Positions 9,935-20,366 of a stretch of 64,000 nucleotides of DNA are shown piece by piece (the stretch's first letter is position 1; every line of letters starts with the position of its first letter). The DNA comes from an uncultured Verrucomicrobiae bacterium (lineage in GTDB: Bacteria > Verrucomicrobiota > Verrucomicrobiia > Chthoniobacterales > UBA10450). The DNA is taken from positions 256,001 to 320,000 of the forward strand of contig CAWIBO010000005.1 of assembly GCA_963834385.1 (NCBI GenBank). The letters are read 5' to 3'. The notes under the pieces were generated by a model. It searched no databases. It was not told where the DNA came from and worked only from the letters and a program-made list of their open reading frames with translations. Made by a program: the position numbers and the translations under genes.

Positions 9935-11491
9935 ATGAAAAGCGAATCTGAAGTGATTGGTCTCGAGCCCGGGTTGAGCGCGGATGAAGCCGCGGCGCGC
10001 TTCCAGGCTTTGCAGGCGAGACTGGTGCCGCTCTGGCGCTCGATTGAGTCGTTCAACCAGGACGAACAGACCATCGTGGTGGTCCCGTCCATGACCGTGG
10101 ACATGAGCGCGACCGGGGCGGTGGTGCAGGCTTACGAGGAACGTTTTCTTTTTCTGCTTCTGCTGTTGGCCCAGCCGCGCGCCCGCATGATCTATGTCAC
10201 GTCACAGGGAGTACATCCGAGCGTGATTGAGTACTATCTCGATCTGCTCCCGAGCGTGATCCCGAGCCACGCGGCCCGGCGGCTGACGCTGCTCGCGCCG
10301 CACGACGACTCGAGCGCGCCGCTCAGCCTCAAACTCCTGGAACGGCCGCGGATGATTGAGCAAATCCGGGCGCTCATTCCCGACCGGGACCGGGCTCACC
10401 TCATTTGTTACAACACCACCTTCCTGGAACGAAACCTGGCGCTCCGCCTGGATATTCCCCTCTATGGGGCTGATCCGCGATTTCTGGAATTGGGTACCAA
10501 GACCGGTTGCCGGCAGCTTTTTGCGCGGGCCGGCGTGCAGCATCCCCTCGGCGTGGAGAATCTGCACAGCCTGGACGAGGTCACCAAGGCCCTGACCCGA
10601 ATCCATGCCGAGCGGCCCTCGATGAAAGCGGCGGTGGTGAAACTAAACGAAGGCGTCTCCGGCGAGGGCAACGCGATCGTCGACCTGGAGGGCGTTTCCG
10701 CCGGGAGCGGGGAGACGCTGGCGGACCGCGTTCAGGCGATGCGGTTCGAGCACCCGGCGATGACCCTGGAGCAATACGCAGGCAAGTTTGTCGAACGCGG
10801 CGGCATCGTGGAGGAACGCGTCGGCCTCGGTGCGCACGATGTGCGCAGTCCCAGCGTGCAGATGCGCGTTACCCCGCTGGGTCGGGTTGAGCTGCTCTCC
10901 ACGCACGACCAGATGCTGGGCGGACGGAGTGGTCAAAGTTATCTTGGGTGCATCTTTCCGGCCGACCCGGCCTATGCCACCGCGATCAGCCGGGAGGCGC
11001 TCAAGGTGGGCGAACTGCTCCGCGATGCCGGTGTGATCGGCCGCTTTGCCATCGATTTCGTCGTAGTCCGGGCAACACCGGAGGCTGCCTGGGAGCCGTT
11101 TGCCATCGAGGTGAACCTGCGCAAGGGCGGGACAACGCATCCTTTTCTCACCCTGCAGTTCCTCACCGGCGGGGCCTACGACTGGACGGCCTCGCGCTTC
11201 AACGCGCCGAACGACCAGGACAAATTCCTCGTCGCCAGCGACCATGTGGAATCGCCGATGTATCGCGGGTTCACTCCGGACGATCTCTTTGACCTTGTCG
11301 TCCGCCGGGGCCTGCACTTCGGGCAGGTGCGCCAGACCGGCGTGGTCTTTCACATGTTGAGCGCGTTGGGCAGTGCCGGGCGGCTGGGCATGACCGCGGT
11401 CGGCAACACGGCGGAGGAAGCCTCCGAGATCTTCGCGCGGGCCAAGGCTGTGCTTGATGAGGAAGCGCGCCTCGATTCCCTGCAAACTTGA
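9935..11491 (+). CDS. ATP-grasp peptide ligase PGM1-related protein
   Basis: YEERFLFLLLLL pre-ATP-grasp region; KLNEGVSGEGN, SPSVQ, IEVNLRKGGTTHP. Confidence 0.8.
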   Translation: MKSESEVIGLEPGLSADEAAARFQALQARLVPLWRSIESFNQDEQTIVVVPSMTVDMSATGAVVQAYEERFLFLLLLLAQPRARMIYVTSQGVHPSVIEYYLDLLPSVIPSHAARRLTLLAPHDDSSAPLSLKLLERPRMIEQIRALIPDRDRAHLICYNTTFLERNLALRLDIPLYGADPRFLELGTKTGCRQLFARAGVQHPLGVENLHSLDEVTKALTRIHAERPSMKAAVVKLNEGVSGEGNAIVDLEGVSAGSGETLADRVQAMRFEHPAMTLEQYAGKFVERGGIVEERVGLGAHDVRSPSVQMRVTPLGRVELLSTHDQMLGGRSGQSYLGCIFPADPAYATAISREALKVGELLRDAGVIGRFAIDFVVVRATPEAAWEPFAIEVNLRKGGTTHPFLTLQFLTGGAYDWTASRFNAPNDQDKFLVASDHVESPMYRGFTPDDLFDLVVRRGLHFGQVRQTGVVFHMLSALGSAGRLGMTAVGNTAEEASEIFARAKAVLDEEARLDSLQT

Positions 11492-11521
11492 GGCACTTCG
11501 GCCGTTCGACGGTCGCCGGAC

Positions 11522-11968
11522 TCAGAGATCCCGTAGCGCCTGGCCAAGGGCAACCTGAATGCGCGTGGCCTCGGTTCCGCCGAGATCCGCGCTGATTGCT
11601 TCAAGGCGATGGACGAGGTCGGCCACCTCCCGGCGTTCGTAAGGCCCGCCGGCCGCCGCGCAGAAATGGGTGCGGCAGCCAAAAGGACGCGCCTCGTAGA
11701 TCAGACAACCGCCCCGGGTCCCGTCGAACAGCGGGCAGGCGCCGTCCGGCTTCTCCGGGAGATTTTTTCGTCCCGAGGCGCGCCAGGCCAATGCAGCCAC
11801 GAGGGCCTCGGCCCGCGTCAGGAAGGGGGTGCGTCCCGTCAGCTTGAACTGGCAGCACTCGGTCTGCCGCGTGCACTGCCGCGCCACCGGGCGGTCCGCC
11901 AGTTCGCGGTAAACCTGCCGCACTTTGTCGGCGGCGTTCGCTTCTTCAGGGTTGCGCAATTGCTTCAT
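11522..11968 (-). CDS. YkgJ family cysteine-cluster protein
   Basis: C-x5-CC, CPLF..CLIYEARPFGCRTHFC. Confidence 0.85.
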   Translation of the reverse strand: MKQLRNPEEANAADKVRQVYRELADRPVARQCTRQTECCQFKLTGRTPFLTRAEALVAALAWRASGRKNLPEKPDGACPLFDGTRGGCLIYEARPFGCRTHFCAAAGGPYERREVADLVHRLEAISADLGGTEATRIQVALGQALRDL

Positions 11969-13185
11969 TTCGTCATCGCCTGTCCGGCAATCCAGCCGGT
12001 GGTCCAGGCTGATTGAAAGTTAAAACCGCCGGTAACGCCATCGAGATCGAGGAGTTCTCCCGCGAAAAAGAGTCCGGGCACCAGCCGGCTTTGCATCGTC
12101 CGAAAATCGATTTCCTTCAGGCTGACCCCGCCACAGGTGACGAACTCGTCCTTGTTCAGCGATTTGCCGTCGATGCTGACCTCGGTTTGCGCGAGCAGAC
12201 GAAGCAGGACCTGCGTTTCTCCGCGGCCCAGGTTGGTCCATGCGATCGAGGAAGAGATGCCGGCAGCGTGGCAAAGACTTTCCCAGAGCCGGGAGGGAAG
12301 GGACCCAAGCGGCGAGTTCACCACCAGCTTTTTGGGGTGATCCTGCCGGGCCTGGCTGAGGGCAGCCGCGAGTTCGTCCTGTTGCCATTCCGGCATCCAG
12401 TTGATCTGGAGGCGGAAACTGTAGTCGACCGCGTGCAGGTCGCGGGCGCCCCAGGCGGAAAGCTTCAGGATCACCGGCCCGCTGAGCCCATGATGAGTGA
12501 CGAGGAGCGGGCCGCGCTGCCGAAGTTTGGTGCCGGGAATGTTCACGGCGACGTCGGGCAGGCTGACGCCGGGCAGCGCGGAGAGCCAGTGTCCAGTGGC
12601 GTGAAACGAAAAAAGCGAAGGCACGGGAGCCTCGATGCGGTGGCCGAGCGAAGCGGCAATGTTCCCGGCGGCCGCGGCGCGGCAGCCCCCGGTGGCGAGG
12701 AGAAGACGGTCGCATTCCATCGTTTCGTTGGCCGTGAGGGTCAGGCGAAAGCCGGTGGGGAGGCGTTCCACGCTTTCCAGCCCGCAACGCAGGCGGAGAT
12801 GCACCCCGGCGCTCTCGGCTTCGCCAAGGAGACAGCCGACGATCGAGGCGGAAGAATCGCTTCGGGGAAAAATGCGGCCATCTGCTTCTGTCTTGAGCGG
12901 AATGCCGCGTTTTTCGAACCAGGCCACGGTGTCGGTGCTGCTGAAGCGGTGGAAGGCGGAAATCAGGGCGCGCTCGCCCCGCGGATAATGCCGCGAGAGG
13001 GCGACCGGATCGTCCAGGACGTTGGTGACGTTGCAGCGGCCGCCGCCTGAAATCTTTACCTTGGCGAGAAATTGCGAGCTTCGCTCGAGCACGGTGACGC
13101 GATGCGCACCGGGGCTTTGCGCCGCGGCGATGGCGGCAAAGAAACCGGCCGCGCCGCCCCCGACGATAACGATTTGACCGGGCAC
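11965..13185 (-). CDS. HI0933/BaiN family flavoprotein
   Basis: GGGAAG, KISGGGRCNVTN, VTCGGV, GELLDLDGVTGGFNFQ. Confidence 0.92.
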   Translation of the reverse strand: MPGQIVIVGGGAAGFFAAIAAAQSPGAHRVTVLERSSQFLAKVKISGGGRCNVTNVLDDPVALSRHYPRGERALISAFHRFSSTDTVAWFEKRGIPLKTEADGRIFPRSDSSASIVGCLLGEAESAGVHLRLRCGLESVERLPTGFRLTLTANETMECDRLLLATGGCRAAAAGNIAASLGHRIEAPVPSLFSFHATGHWLSALPGVSLPDVAVNIPGTKLRQRGPLLVTHHGLSGPVILKLSAWGARDLHAVDYSFRLQINWMPEWQQDELAAALSQARQDHPKKLVVNSPLGSLPSRLWESLCHAAGISSSIAWTNLGRGETQVLLRLLAQTEVSIDGKSLNKDEFVTCGGVSLKEIDFRTMQSRLVPGLFFAGELLDLDGVTGGFNFQSAWTTGWIAGQAMTK

Positions 13186-13200
13186 GGCGCCGGTCCCTCG

Positions 13201-13947
13201 CTACATCTCGCTGAAGTTCGCGATCACGTTGATCGCGCCCGCCTCGGGCTTCAGGTCGGCGTAAGCGGGGGTGAAACGCGCGGCCTTCAGCGCCGTCATG
13301 ACAAATTCGCCGACCCGGCTCCCCTTGGGTGATTCGGCCGTGATCGACATTGATTCGATCTTGCCCTCGGCTGTTACCTTGACCAGCACCTCAGCGGTGG
13401 CGCCATAGGGATTGTCGACGTCGGTCTGGCGCAACCCGTTCTCCAGATACGGGCGGAGGCCGCCGATCAACTGCGGCTGGGTGTATTGGGCGATCTTGCC
13501 GACTCGCGCGCGATCGTGGGTCGCGAGAAGAATGGCCACGATGGGAATATCATTCTGCCGGAAGAACAGGACCGTGCCGGCGACATACATGGGAACGCCT
13601 TTGCCATTGATCCGGGCCGGCTCAAAACGGCCCCAGTCGAGCCCATTCTGCACCGCGGTCTTGAAAGCCTGGTCGTTGCCGATCAGTCCGAAAGTTGTCG
13701 TGACCCGGCCTTCGCCGTCGATGTCGCAATAGAACTGGACCGCGCTCTGTTTTTTCGCCACCACCATCTCCTTCGGGTAAACAATGTGGCGGGCCACGGA
13801 CTCATTCGTGAGCGGGACCTTGGCCGGCGCAAAAACCGGGGGACCGGGCGATCCGGCCGGTTTGGGGCTTTGCGCTCTCCCCTGCGGGGCGGCGAGAAAG
13901 GCGGCGCTCAGGAGCAAAAACGCCGTTGTCTGTCGGAAGGTGATCAT
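13201..13947 (-). CDS. Secreted protein with two TonB C-terminal-like domains
   Basis: Signal peptide; YP..VQFYCDIDGEG..FEPARING and VLVKVTAEG..FTPA repeats. Confidence 0.55.
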   Translation of the reverse strand: MITFRQTTAFLLLSAAFLAAPQGRAQSPKPAGSPGPPVFAPAKVPLTNESVARHIVYPKEMVVAKKQSAVQFYCDIDGEGRVTTTFGLIGNDQAFKTAVQNGLDWGRFEPARINGKGVPMYVAGTVLFFRQNDIPIVAILLATHDRARVGKIAQYTQPQLIGGLRPYLENGLRQTDVDNPYGATAEVLVKVTAEGKIESMSITAESPKGSRVGEFVMTALKAARFTPAYADLKPEAGAINVIANFSEM

Positions 13948-14000
13948 CAAAAACGGGTGGCTGGCAACTATGCTGCTGCCTCCGTCCTGCGCAAGTGAAC

Positions 14001-15170
14001 ATGCCCGGTCCCCCCGATTTCGATGGCGTGCCGGCGACGGCTGCCATCTATTTCCCGATGACGGTGGCAAATCGCCGCATCGGGCGGGGCGAAAGGAAAT
14101 CAAGCCGGGTGCGACGCATACGGGAGGATGTCGGGGGCCTCGTCCTGATGGACCAGGAACCGGTGAGGCGCGAAGCGGCGGCGCGTTGCACGGCGGTGAT
14201 GGCGCGCCTGGAGCGCGCGCGTGGCCAGTGGCAGCAATACGAGAGGGAGGACAAGCCGGCCTTTATTCGCTGGCGCGCCCGGGAGTTTGGCGCGCTCCTC
14301 AGCACCGCGCGCGAGGTGGAACTGCAGATCACGGCCCAGCAGGCTCTTGTGCACGAGGTGGAGATGGAGATGCGCCGCGGCTTTTACGATCCGCACTCCG
14401 CCTATGAACGGGTCATGTCCCGCCGGGGGGATCCCGCCGCCGCCGCCCCGCCCCCTCCGCCGGCGGAAGAACCGGCGCGGGCAAAAGCCAGGCCGCTGAC
14501 TGATTTCGAGAAGGAGGCGCTCTTTCAGGAGTGGGTGCAAAAGTTTCTCGGGACCAACCCGGACAAAATGGATGACAAGGCTTACGCGGCCACTTTCGAG
14601 ACATTCAAAAGCCACATGTTCAAGACACCGGTCGAACCGCCGCGCCTCCTGCCGCGCCGGCCTGTCCCGCGGCGTCCGGAGATGGCGGAGGAAGAAGAGA
14701 CGCGGGCGGGGGTGGCCGATTCGCCCGATACGCGGGTGAAGGAACTTTACCGGCGTCTGGTCCGGCGTCTGCACCCGGACTTGCGCGCCGATGGCGACGC
14801 GGCCGTCTCCTCGCTTTGGCACGAGGTGCAGGAAGCCTACGTGGCGTCCGACGTGGCGCGGATGGAACTCCTCCTGGCCTTGAGCGACATCGCGGCTGAT
14901 CACATGGACGCGCGCACTTCGGTGTCGCAGATGCAGGCGCTGGAAGGGACGCTCGCGCGCGCCGTGCGCGCTCTTGAGAAAAGCGTCCTGGAAGCGCAGG
15001 ATGAAGAAGCGTGGAACTTTGCCCGGAGCGGGCCTGACGAGGAGCTGCGGGCGCAGGTGCAGCGCCGGTTGGAGCACGACCTGCGACTGCGCCGCCAGCG
15101 CCTGGACCTTCTGACGCGCACCATCGCCGGCTGGGCGCGGTCACCGGTCCTGCCGCGCGCCCCTGCCTGA
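14001..15170 (+). CDS. Coiled-coil protein with internal J-domain; start uncertain
   Basis: VKELYRRLVRRLHPD..WHEVQEAY. Confidence 0.75.
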   Translation: MPGPPDFDGVPATAAIYFPMTVANRRIGRGERKSSRVRRIREDVGGLVLMDQEPVRREAAARCTAVMARLERARGQWQQYEREDKPAFIRWRAREFGALLSTAREVELQITAQQALVHEVEMEMRRGFYDPHSAYERVMSRRGDPAAAAPPPPPAEEPARAKARPLTDFEKEALFQEWVQKFLGTNPDKMDDKAYAATFETFKSHMFKTPVEPPRLLPRRPVPRRPEMAEEEETRAGVADSPDTRVKELYRRLVRRLHPDLRADGDAAVSSLWHEVQEAYVASDVARMELLLALSDIAADHMDARTSVSQMQALEGTLARAVRALEKSVLEAQDEEAWNFARSGPDEELRAQVQRRLEHDLRLRRQRLDLLTRTIAGWARSPVLPRAPA

Positions 15171-15235
15171 CGATGGGCCGGGGACGGCGCACGCTATAGC
15201 GCGGAATGGCGGGGGACGAGTTTGGCAATTGGCGG

Positions 15236-15349
15236 GCTGTAGCGTCCGCTGTCCTCAGCGGATCTGGGGTTTCGGGGAGGAGCAGGATCAGGATCAGGAT
15301 CAAGAGCAGGAGCAAGAGGGGATGCGCTGGGGAAGGCGCACGCTACAGC
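15236..15349. repeat. REP doublet (REPIN-like) enclosing a hexamer tandem tract
   Basis: Terminal IR gctgtagcgt..acgctacagc; GTAG + palindrome CCGCTG-TCCT-CAGCGG; internal (GATCAG/GAGCAG)n; an extra half-REP at ~15178-15200. Confidence 0.75.
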
Positions 15350-15381
15350 GATCCGCCAGGTGGATTGACAGCCGAGAAAAG

Positions 15382-15456
15382 TGGCTCCTGAGGTAGGATT
15401 CGAACCTACGACCAATCGGTTAACAGCCGATCGCTCTACCACTGAGCTACTCAGGA
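15382..15456 (-). tRNA. tRNA-Asn(GTT)
   Basis: Reverse complement TCCTGAGTAGCTCAGTGGTAGAGCGATCGGCTGTTAACCGAT..GTTCGAATC..CAGGAGCCA. Confidence 0.97.
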
Positions 15457-15590
15457 TTCTGTCTCCGTCGAAGTGACGGGATCGTATAATGCCTGCGTGA
15501 GCAAAGGCGGCAAGTGTTCTTTGAAAAGACGGTCCCCGGTGGAATTTCCAGTTGCGCGGCTCTTTCCCCGCTCCCATAGTGTCGGCCAGA

Positions 15591-15667
15591 CGCGGGGTGG
15601 AGCAGCCTGGTAGCTCGTCAGGCTCATAACCTGAAGGCCGCGGGTTCAAATCCCGCCCCCGCAACCA
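15591..15667 (+). tRNA. Initiator tRNA-fMet(CAT)
   Basis: CGCGGGGTGGAGCAGCCTGGTAGCTCG..CTCATAA..GTTCAAATC..CCGCAACCA with C1:A72 mismatch. Confidence 0.95.
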
Positions 15668-15738
15668 ATTTCCCGGTCGCGGAAATTCTGCCCACCAGCG
15701 TGATTGCCCGCGGCCGCGGTCCCTGATATATCCGCCCG

Positions 15739-16416
15739 GTGAATCCTTTCCGACGCGGCCGCGAAATCACCCGGCTGGAGGGTTTCAGCGACGCCGTCTT
15801 CGGCTTTGCCCTGACCCTGCTGGTGGTCTCCCTCGAGGTGCCGTCGAGCTACGAGGATCTGATGAAAACGATGCGCGGTTTTGCCGGGTTCGCCTGCTGC
15901 TTCGCCATCGTCGCCTGGCTCTGGTTCGAACATAACCTGTTCTTTCGCCGCTACGGCCTGCAGGACGGGGTCACCATTGTCCTCAATTTCATCCTGCTCT
16001 TCGTGGTTCTTTTTTATGTCTACCCGTTGAAGTTCATCTTCACCCGGATGATGGCGGGGCTTTTTGAGGCGGACGGGCCGAGCGGGTACTTCCGTTACGA
16101 TGATGGCCGGACGCTGATGCTGGTGTACAGCAGCGCGCTCATCGTCCTCTTTGCGATCTACGCGCTCCTCTACCTTTACGCCCTCCGGCGGCGAGAGGAT
16201 CTTTCCCTTGATCGGATGGAAATTTTCGATGCCTGGACCGGCTTTTATCGGCATCTGCTCATGGTCTTGATCGGGGTGATCTCGATCACCGTGGTGGTGA
16301 CCCGGCCCCGGGATGTGGAATGGGCTGGGTTCGTCTATTTCCTGATCGGACCCGCCCAGGGCGTCCTTGGTTTTGCCCGTGGTTCGCAGCGCGCCCGGGT
16401 GGCGGCCTCGGGGTGA
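15739..16416 (+). CDS. TMEM175 family K+ channel
   Basis: RLEGFSDAVFGFALTLLV signature; about 6 TM helices. Confidence 0.88.
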   Translation: MNPFRRGREITRLEGFSDAVFGFALTLLVVSLEVPSSYEDLMKTMRGFAGFACCFAIVAWLWFEHNLFFRRYGLQDGVTIVLNFILLFVVLFYVYPLKFIFTRMMAGLFEADGPSGYFRYDDGRTLMLVYSSALIVLFAIYALLYLYALRRREDLSLDRMEIFDAWTGFYRHLLMVLIGVISITVVVTRPRDVEWAGFVYFLIGPAQGVLGFARGSQRARVAASG

Positions 16417-17360
16417 GAACGGTTCCTGGTTCTCCCGGGCGCATCCTGGTCGGCACGGCCAGCTGGTCGGATCCGGGATTCGTGAAGGAATGGTATCCGT
16501 CGCGGCTGCCGGCCGGAGATCGCCTCGCCTGGTATGCGAGCCATTTCGAGATGGTGGAGGTCAATTCGACTTTTTATGCGGTGCCGTCGCTGCGCCTGGT
16601 GGAACGGTGGTGCCGGACCACGCCCGACGGTTTTGTCTTCAACGTCAAGCTGCACCAGCTCCTTTCGCGGCATGCCGCCACGGCCAAAATGCTTCCACCC
16701 GCGCTCCAGAAAAAGGCGGTGCTGACGAGCACGGGCAAGGTGGAGCTGACCGAGGAAATGGAGGAGGCGCTGGTGGCGGAGCTGGCCGGGCCGCTCGATT
16801 TGCTGGCGCGGGAACAGCGCCTCGGCGCGCTGCTTCTCCAGCTCTCCCCCGCATTCTCCCCCCGCCGTCACAGCCTTGACGAGCTCGACCACCTCCTTGG
16901 ATTGTTGCGCGGCCGCCGGCTGGTGGTCGAACTCCGTCACCGGGATTGGGTCACGGGCGACCAGGCGGAAACGACCGTGCAGTTTTTCCGGGCGCGCGGC
17001 GCGACCCTGGCCTTTGTCGACACGCCCGACTCCGATCATTTCACCGTCTTTCCGCGCGAGTTCGGGACAACGACGTCGGGTGACCTGGGTTACCTGCGGC
17101 TGCATGGACGCAACGCGAAGGCCTACCTGACCGGTCGCACCGTGGGTGCGCGGTTCGATTACGATTACAATGCCGGGGAGATCAGCGAGATCCGGGACCG
17201 GGTCAGTCACCTCGCTGGGCCGGGCCGGGAAGTGCACGTGGTTTTCAACAACAACAACCTTGATTACGCGCCCCGGGCCGCGCTCCGGCTGCGCGAGGCG
17301 CTGGGGCAGATCGCCGCAGCGGGCCCGGAGCAGGGCCGGCTTTTCCCTCGGGAGGCCTGA
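16413..17360 (+). CDS. DUF72 family protein
   Basis: VGTASW, VEVNSTFY, LLQLSPAF, ELRH, YLRLHGRN, YDY, VFNN. Confidence 0.9.
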   Translation: MRTVPGSPGRILVGTASWSDPGFVKEWYPSRLPAGDRLAWYASHFEMVEVNSTFYAVPSLRLVERWCRTTPDGFVFNVKLHQLLSRHAATAKMLPPALQKKAVLTSTGKVELTEEMEEALVAELAGPLDLLAREQRLGALLLQLSPAFSPRRHSLDELDHLLGLLRGRRLVVELRHRDWVTGDQAETTVQFFRARGATLAFVDTPDSDHFTVFPREFGTTTSGDLGYLRLHGRNAKAYLTGRTVGARFDYDYNAGEISEIRDRVSHLAGPGREVHVVFNNNNLDYAPRAALRLREALGQIAAAGPEQGRLFPREA

Positions 17361-17477
17361 AACCACCCTCTCCCCGCCATTTTTCAGGGGTGCGCGGCAC
17401 GGGAGTTGCATCAGGAAGGCGAAAACCAATCGTCCGGCGTGCCCCAGGCTCCCGGATGGTCCGGCCGCACTACGATT

Positions 17478-18164
17478 ATGAAACTACTACTCGCTTTCGC
17501 TTCCAGCCTGCTTCTCTGCTCCTGCGCCAACATGTACGTGACCAAGACGGACGTGGCCGGCGGCGGCGCTGCTTACACGGCCCCGGTTGACGCCAAGGAT
17601 TTCGGCTCCATCGACGGCGTGCGCATGACCACCTGCGGGGTGGCTGCCTCCAATCCCGATGCCATCTACATCCGCCCGTTCTGTGTCGATTCCGCCAGTT
17701 TCCGCGGAGACATCGCGGAATCCGAAGGCGCCATGCCGATCCGCAAGGCGCTCGCGCCGGTGGCTTTCGCCAGTTACCTGAAGGAAGAACTCTCCAAGAT
17801 CGCCCCGGCTCGCATCCTCAAAGAGGACGAGTCGCCGCGCGTGGGCTGGCTGGTCGAAGGGGAATTCGTGCAGGTCGATGGCGGCAGCCCGACGGGACGC
17901 TTTTTCGCCGGGCAATTTGGTGCCGGACGCTCTTTTGCGGCCCTCCATGTGCGGGTGACCGATGTCGCCAGCAACACCGTGGTCTACGAATTTGACGTGG
18001 CGGGCGGCAGCGGCCTCCAGGGCAAGCTCGGGACCGTCCGGGCCAGCGGCCTGGGCAAGGCGATGCCGTTCGATCTGCGCAACGCCGCCGAGCGCATCTA
18101 TCTGGTCCTGACCCCGGACGTGCACCGTTACGGCGCCCGCACGAGCGTCACGCTCAATCGCTGA
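17478..18164 (+). CDS. Lipoprotein, DUF4410-like
   Basis: Lipobox LLCSC; LVEGEFVQVDGGS..RFFAG.FGAGRS. Confidence 0.65.
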   Translation: MKLLLAFASSLLLCSCANMYVTKTDVAGGGAAYTAPVDAKDFGSIDGVRMTTCGVAASNPDAIYIRPFCVDSASFRGDIAESEGAMPIRKALAPVAFASYLKEELSKIAPARILKEDESPRVGWLVEGEFVQVDGGSPTGRFFAGQFGAGRSFAALHVRVTDVASNTVVYEFDVAGGSGLQGKLGTVRASGLGKAMPFDLRNAAERIYLVLTPDVHRYGARTSVTLNR

Positions 18165-18252
18165 GCCCCGGGCCGCGCGAAATCGCGGCGCGGTTTCTGT
18201 TGCCAAGCAAACATCGACGCATAAGCTGCCAGCCGTTCCCGAGCTGACGCTT

Positions 18253-19192
18253 ATGCTTATTCATCGCTGCCTCCTTTTTCTCCTCCTTTGCGGCCTCGGC
18301 CTGCCCGGCGCGCTGGCGCAGACCGCCCAATCCTATGCGGTGGTTGACGCCACCACCGGCTACATTCTGGCCTCGCGGGAGGCGCAGCAGAAACGGCAGG
18401 TGGGCAGCCTGACCAAGGTCGCCACCGGCATGGTGGTGCTCGACTGGGCGGAAAAGGGCGGGGGCAACCTGGGCGAGCTGGCCGTCATCCCGCCCGAGGC
18501 GTTTGCCGGCATCTCCGAGAACCGGATCGGGTTTCAACCGGGCGACCGGGTGCAACTGCGCGAGCTTCTTTACGCGGCCCTGGTGCAGTCGGACAATATT
18601 GCCGCCTACGCCCTGGCTCACCACGTGGGGGCGTCGCTCAGCCGCATGATGCCGGCCGAAGGCGGCCAGGCGGCGCCGGTGATGGCCTTTGTCCGCCAGA
18701 TGAACGCGCTGGCCCGCCAACTCGGGATGGAGCGCACACGTTTCCTGAACCCGACGGGTTTCGACGCCAAGGAAAAGCCGTTCTCGACCGCGCTGGATAT
18801 GGCCCGCCTCACGCGCTATGCCATGAAGAAGGCCAGCTTCCGTTTCTACGTCTCGCAGAAAACGCGCGAGATTTCCTGGGAACGCGGGGGAGCGCAAGAT
18901 CACCGCGACCCTGCGCAACACGAACGAACTTCTCGGGCAAGACGGAATCGACGGGGTCAAGACCGGCCGGACCGCGCGCGCGGGCGACTGCCTGATCCTC
19001 TCGTCGCATCGCGAATCCGAGATTCAGAAGCAGGGTCCCCGAACCATCGTCACGCCGCGTCATCTGATCGTGGTCCTGCTGGGCAGCACCAACCGCTTCG
19101 TTGATGGTCGCCAGCTCCTTGGTGGCGGCTGGAACGCATATGAGCAATGGGCCGCCGGCGGCCGCGTTTCCACGCCTGAGCAGGTTCTTTAA
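18253..19192 (+). CDS. D-alanyl-D-alanine carboxypeptidase, peptidase S11 (frameshift near 18893)
   Basis: SLTK, SDN and, after the frameshift, NTNELL..GVKTG; stop TAA at 19190-19192. Confidence 0.88.
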
Positions 19193-19198
19193 GGCCCG

Positions 19199-20276
19199 AT
19201 GAAGCCACGAATCGGTGTTCTCACCAGCGGCGGCGATTGTCCTGGTCTCAATGCGGTCCTGCGCGGCGTCGTCCTCGCGGCGGACAAGCTCGGCTGGGAA
19301 GTGGTCGGCTTTATCGACGGCTTCGAGGGACTTCTGCCCCCGGGTGATTTCGTCATGCTCGACCGGGCCCGCATCGCCGGGATCGCGCCGCGGGGCGGCA
19401 CCATCATCGGCACGACCAACCGCGGGCCATTTCGTGGCCAAGGTGGGCGCGGGTGACAAGACCGTGGTGGCGGCCGAGGTGATCGAGAAGGCGCGCCAGG
19501 TCCTGGCCGGGTTGAATGTGCAGGCGTTGATCGTGGTGGGCGGCGACGGCTCCATGACCACGGCCCTGCAGCTCCAGGAAGGCGGGATCAACTGCATCGG
19601 CGTGCCCAAGACGATCGACAACGATCTCGAGGCGACGGCCATGACCTTCGGCTTCGACTCCGCGGTGGCCATGGTCATGGACGCGCTTGATCGGCTTCAT
19701 ACCACGGCCACGAGCCACAAGCGGGTCATGGTGCTCGAAGTCATGGGCCGGCACGCCGGCTGGATCGCGTTGCACGGCGGCCTCGCCGGCGGCGCCCATG
19801 TCATTCTCATCCCCGAGATCCCGTTCGATTACGACCGGATTGCCGAGGCCATCCGGGCGCGTGATGCGCGGGGCAGCCGCAATGCCATTGTGGTGGTGGC
19901 GGAGGGGGCCAAGCCGAAGGACGGCCAGCAGGTGATGCGGCCGGTGGACAGTGGCGAATTTCGCCTCGGAGGAATTGGCGACATGGTCGCGAGCGAAATC
20001 GCGATCCGGACCGACAAGGAGACGCGCTGCACGGTGCTGGGACATCTGCAACGAGGCGGCGCCCCCACTCCGCTTGATCGGATCCTCGGGACCCGGTTCG
20101 GGGTCCGGGCCGTCCAGTTGATCAAGGAAGAACGCTTTGGCTCCATGGTCAGTTACCAAAACTACCAGGTCCGCCATGTCCCCATCGCAGAGGCAGTGAA
20201 TCGCCTGCGTCTCGTCCCGCCGGACGGAGAACTGGTGGAAACGGCGCGAGCCGTCGAAATTTCCTTCGGCGACTAG
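19199..20276 (+). CDS. pfkA: 6-phosphofructokinase (frameshift near 19425)
   Basis: [39 protein letters not shown]. Confidence 0.93.
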
Positions 20277-20366
20277 CGGTCCGCCCGCCGGACGCCCGGT
20301 GAAAAAGGAGTTGGCGCGGGCGCGCCTGACCGTAGATTCAGGACCCTTTCGAAGCCCCTTTCTAAC

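Noticed and set aside
9684..15667. tRNA-anchored genomic island or prophage
   Set aside because: No integrase, phage genes or duplicated tRNA 3' end (att repeat) was seen.
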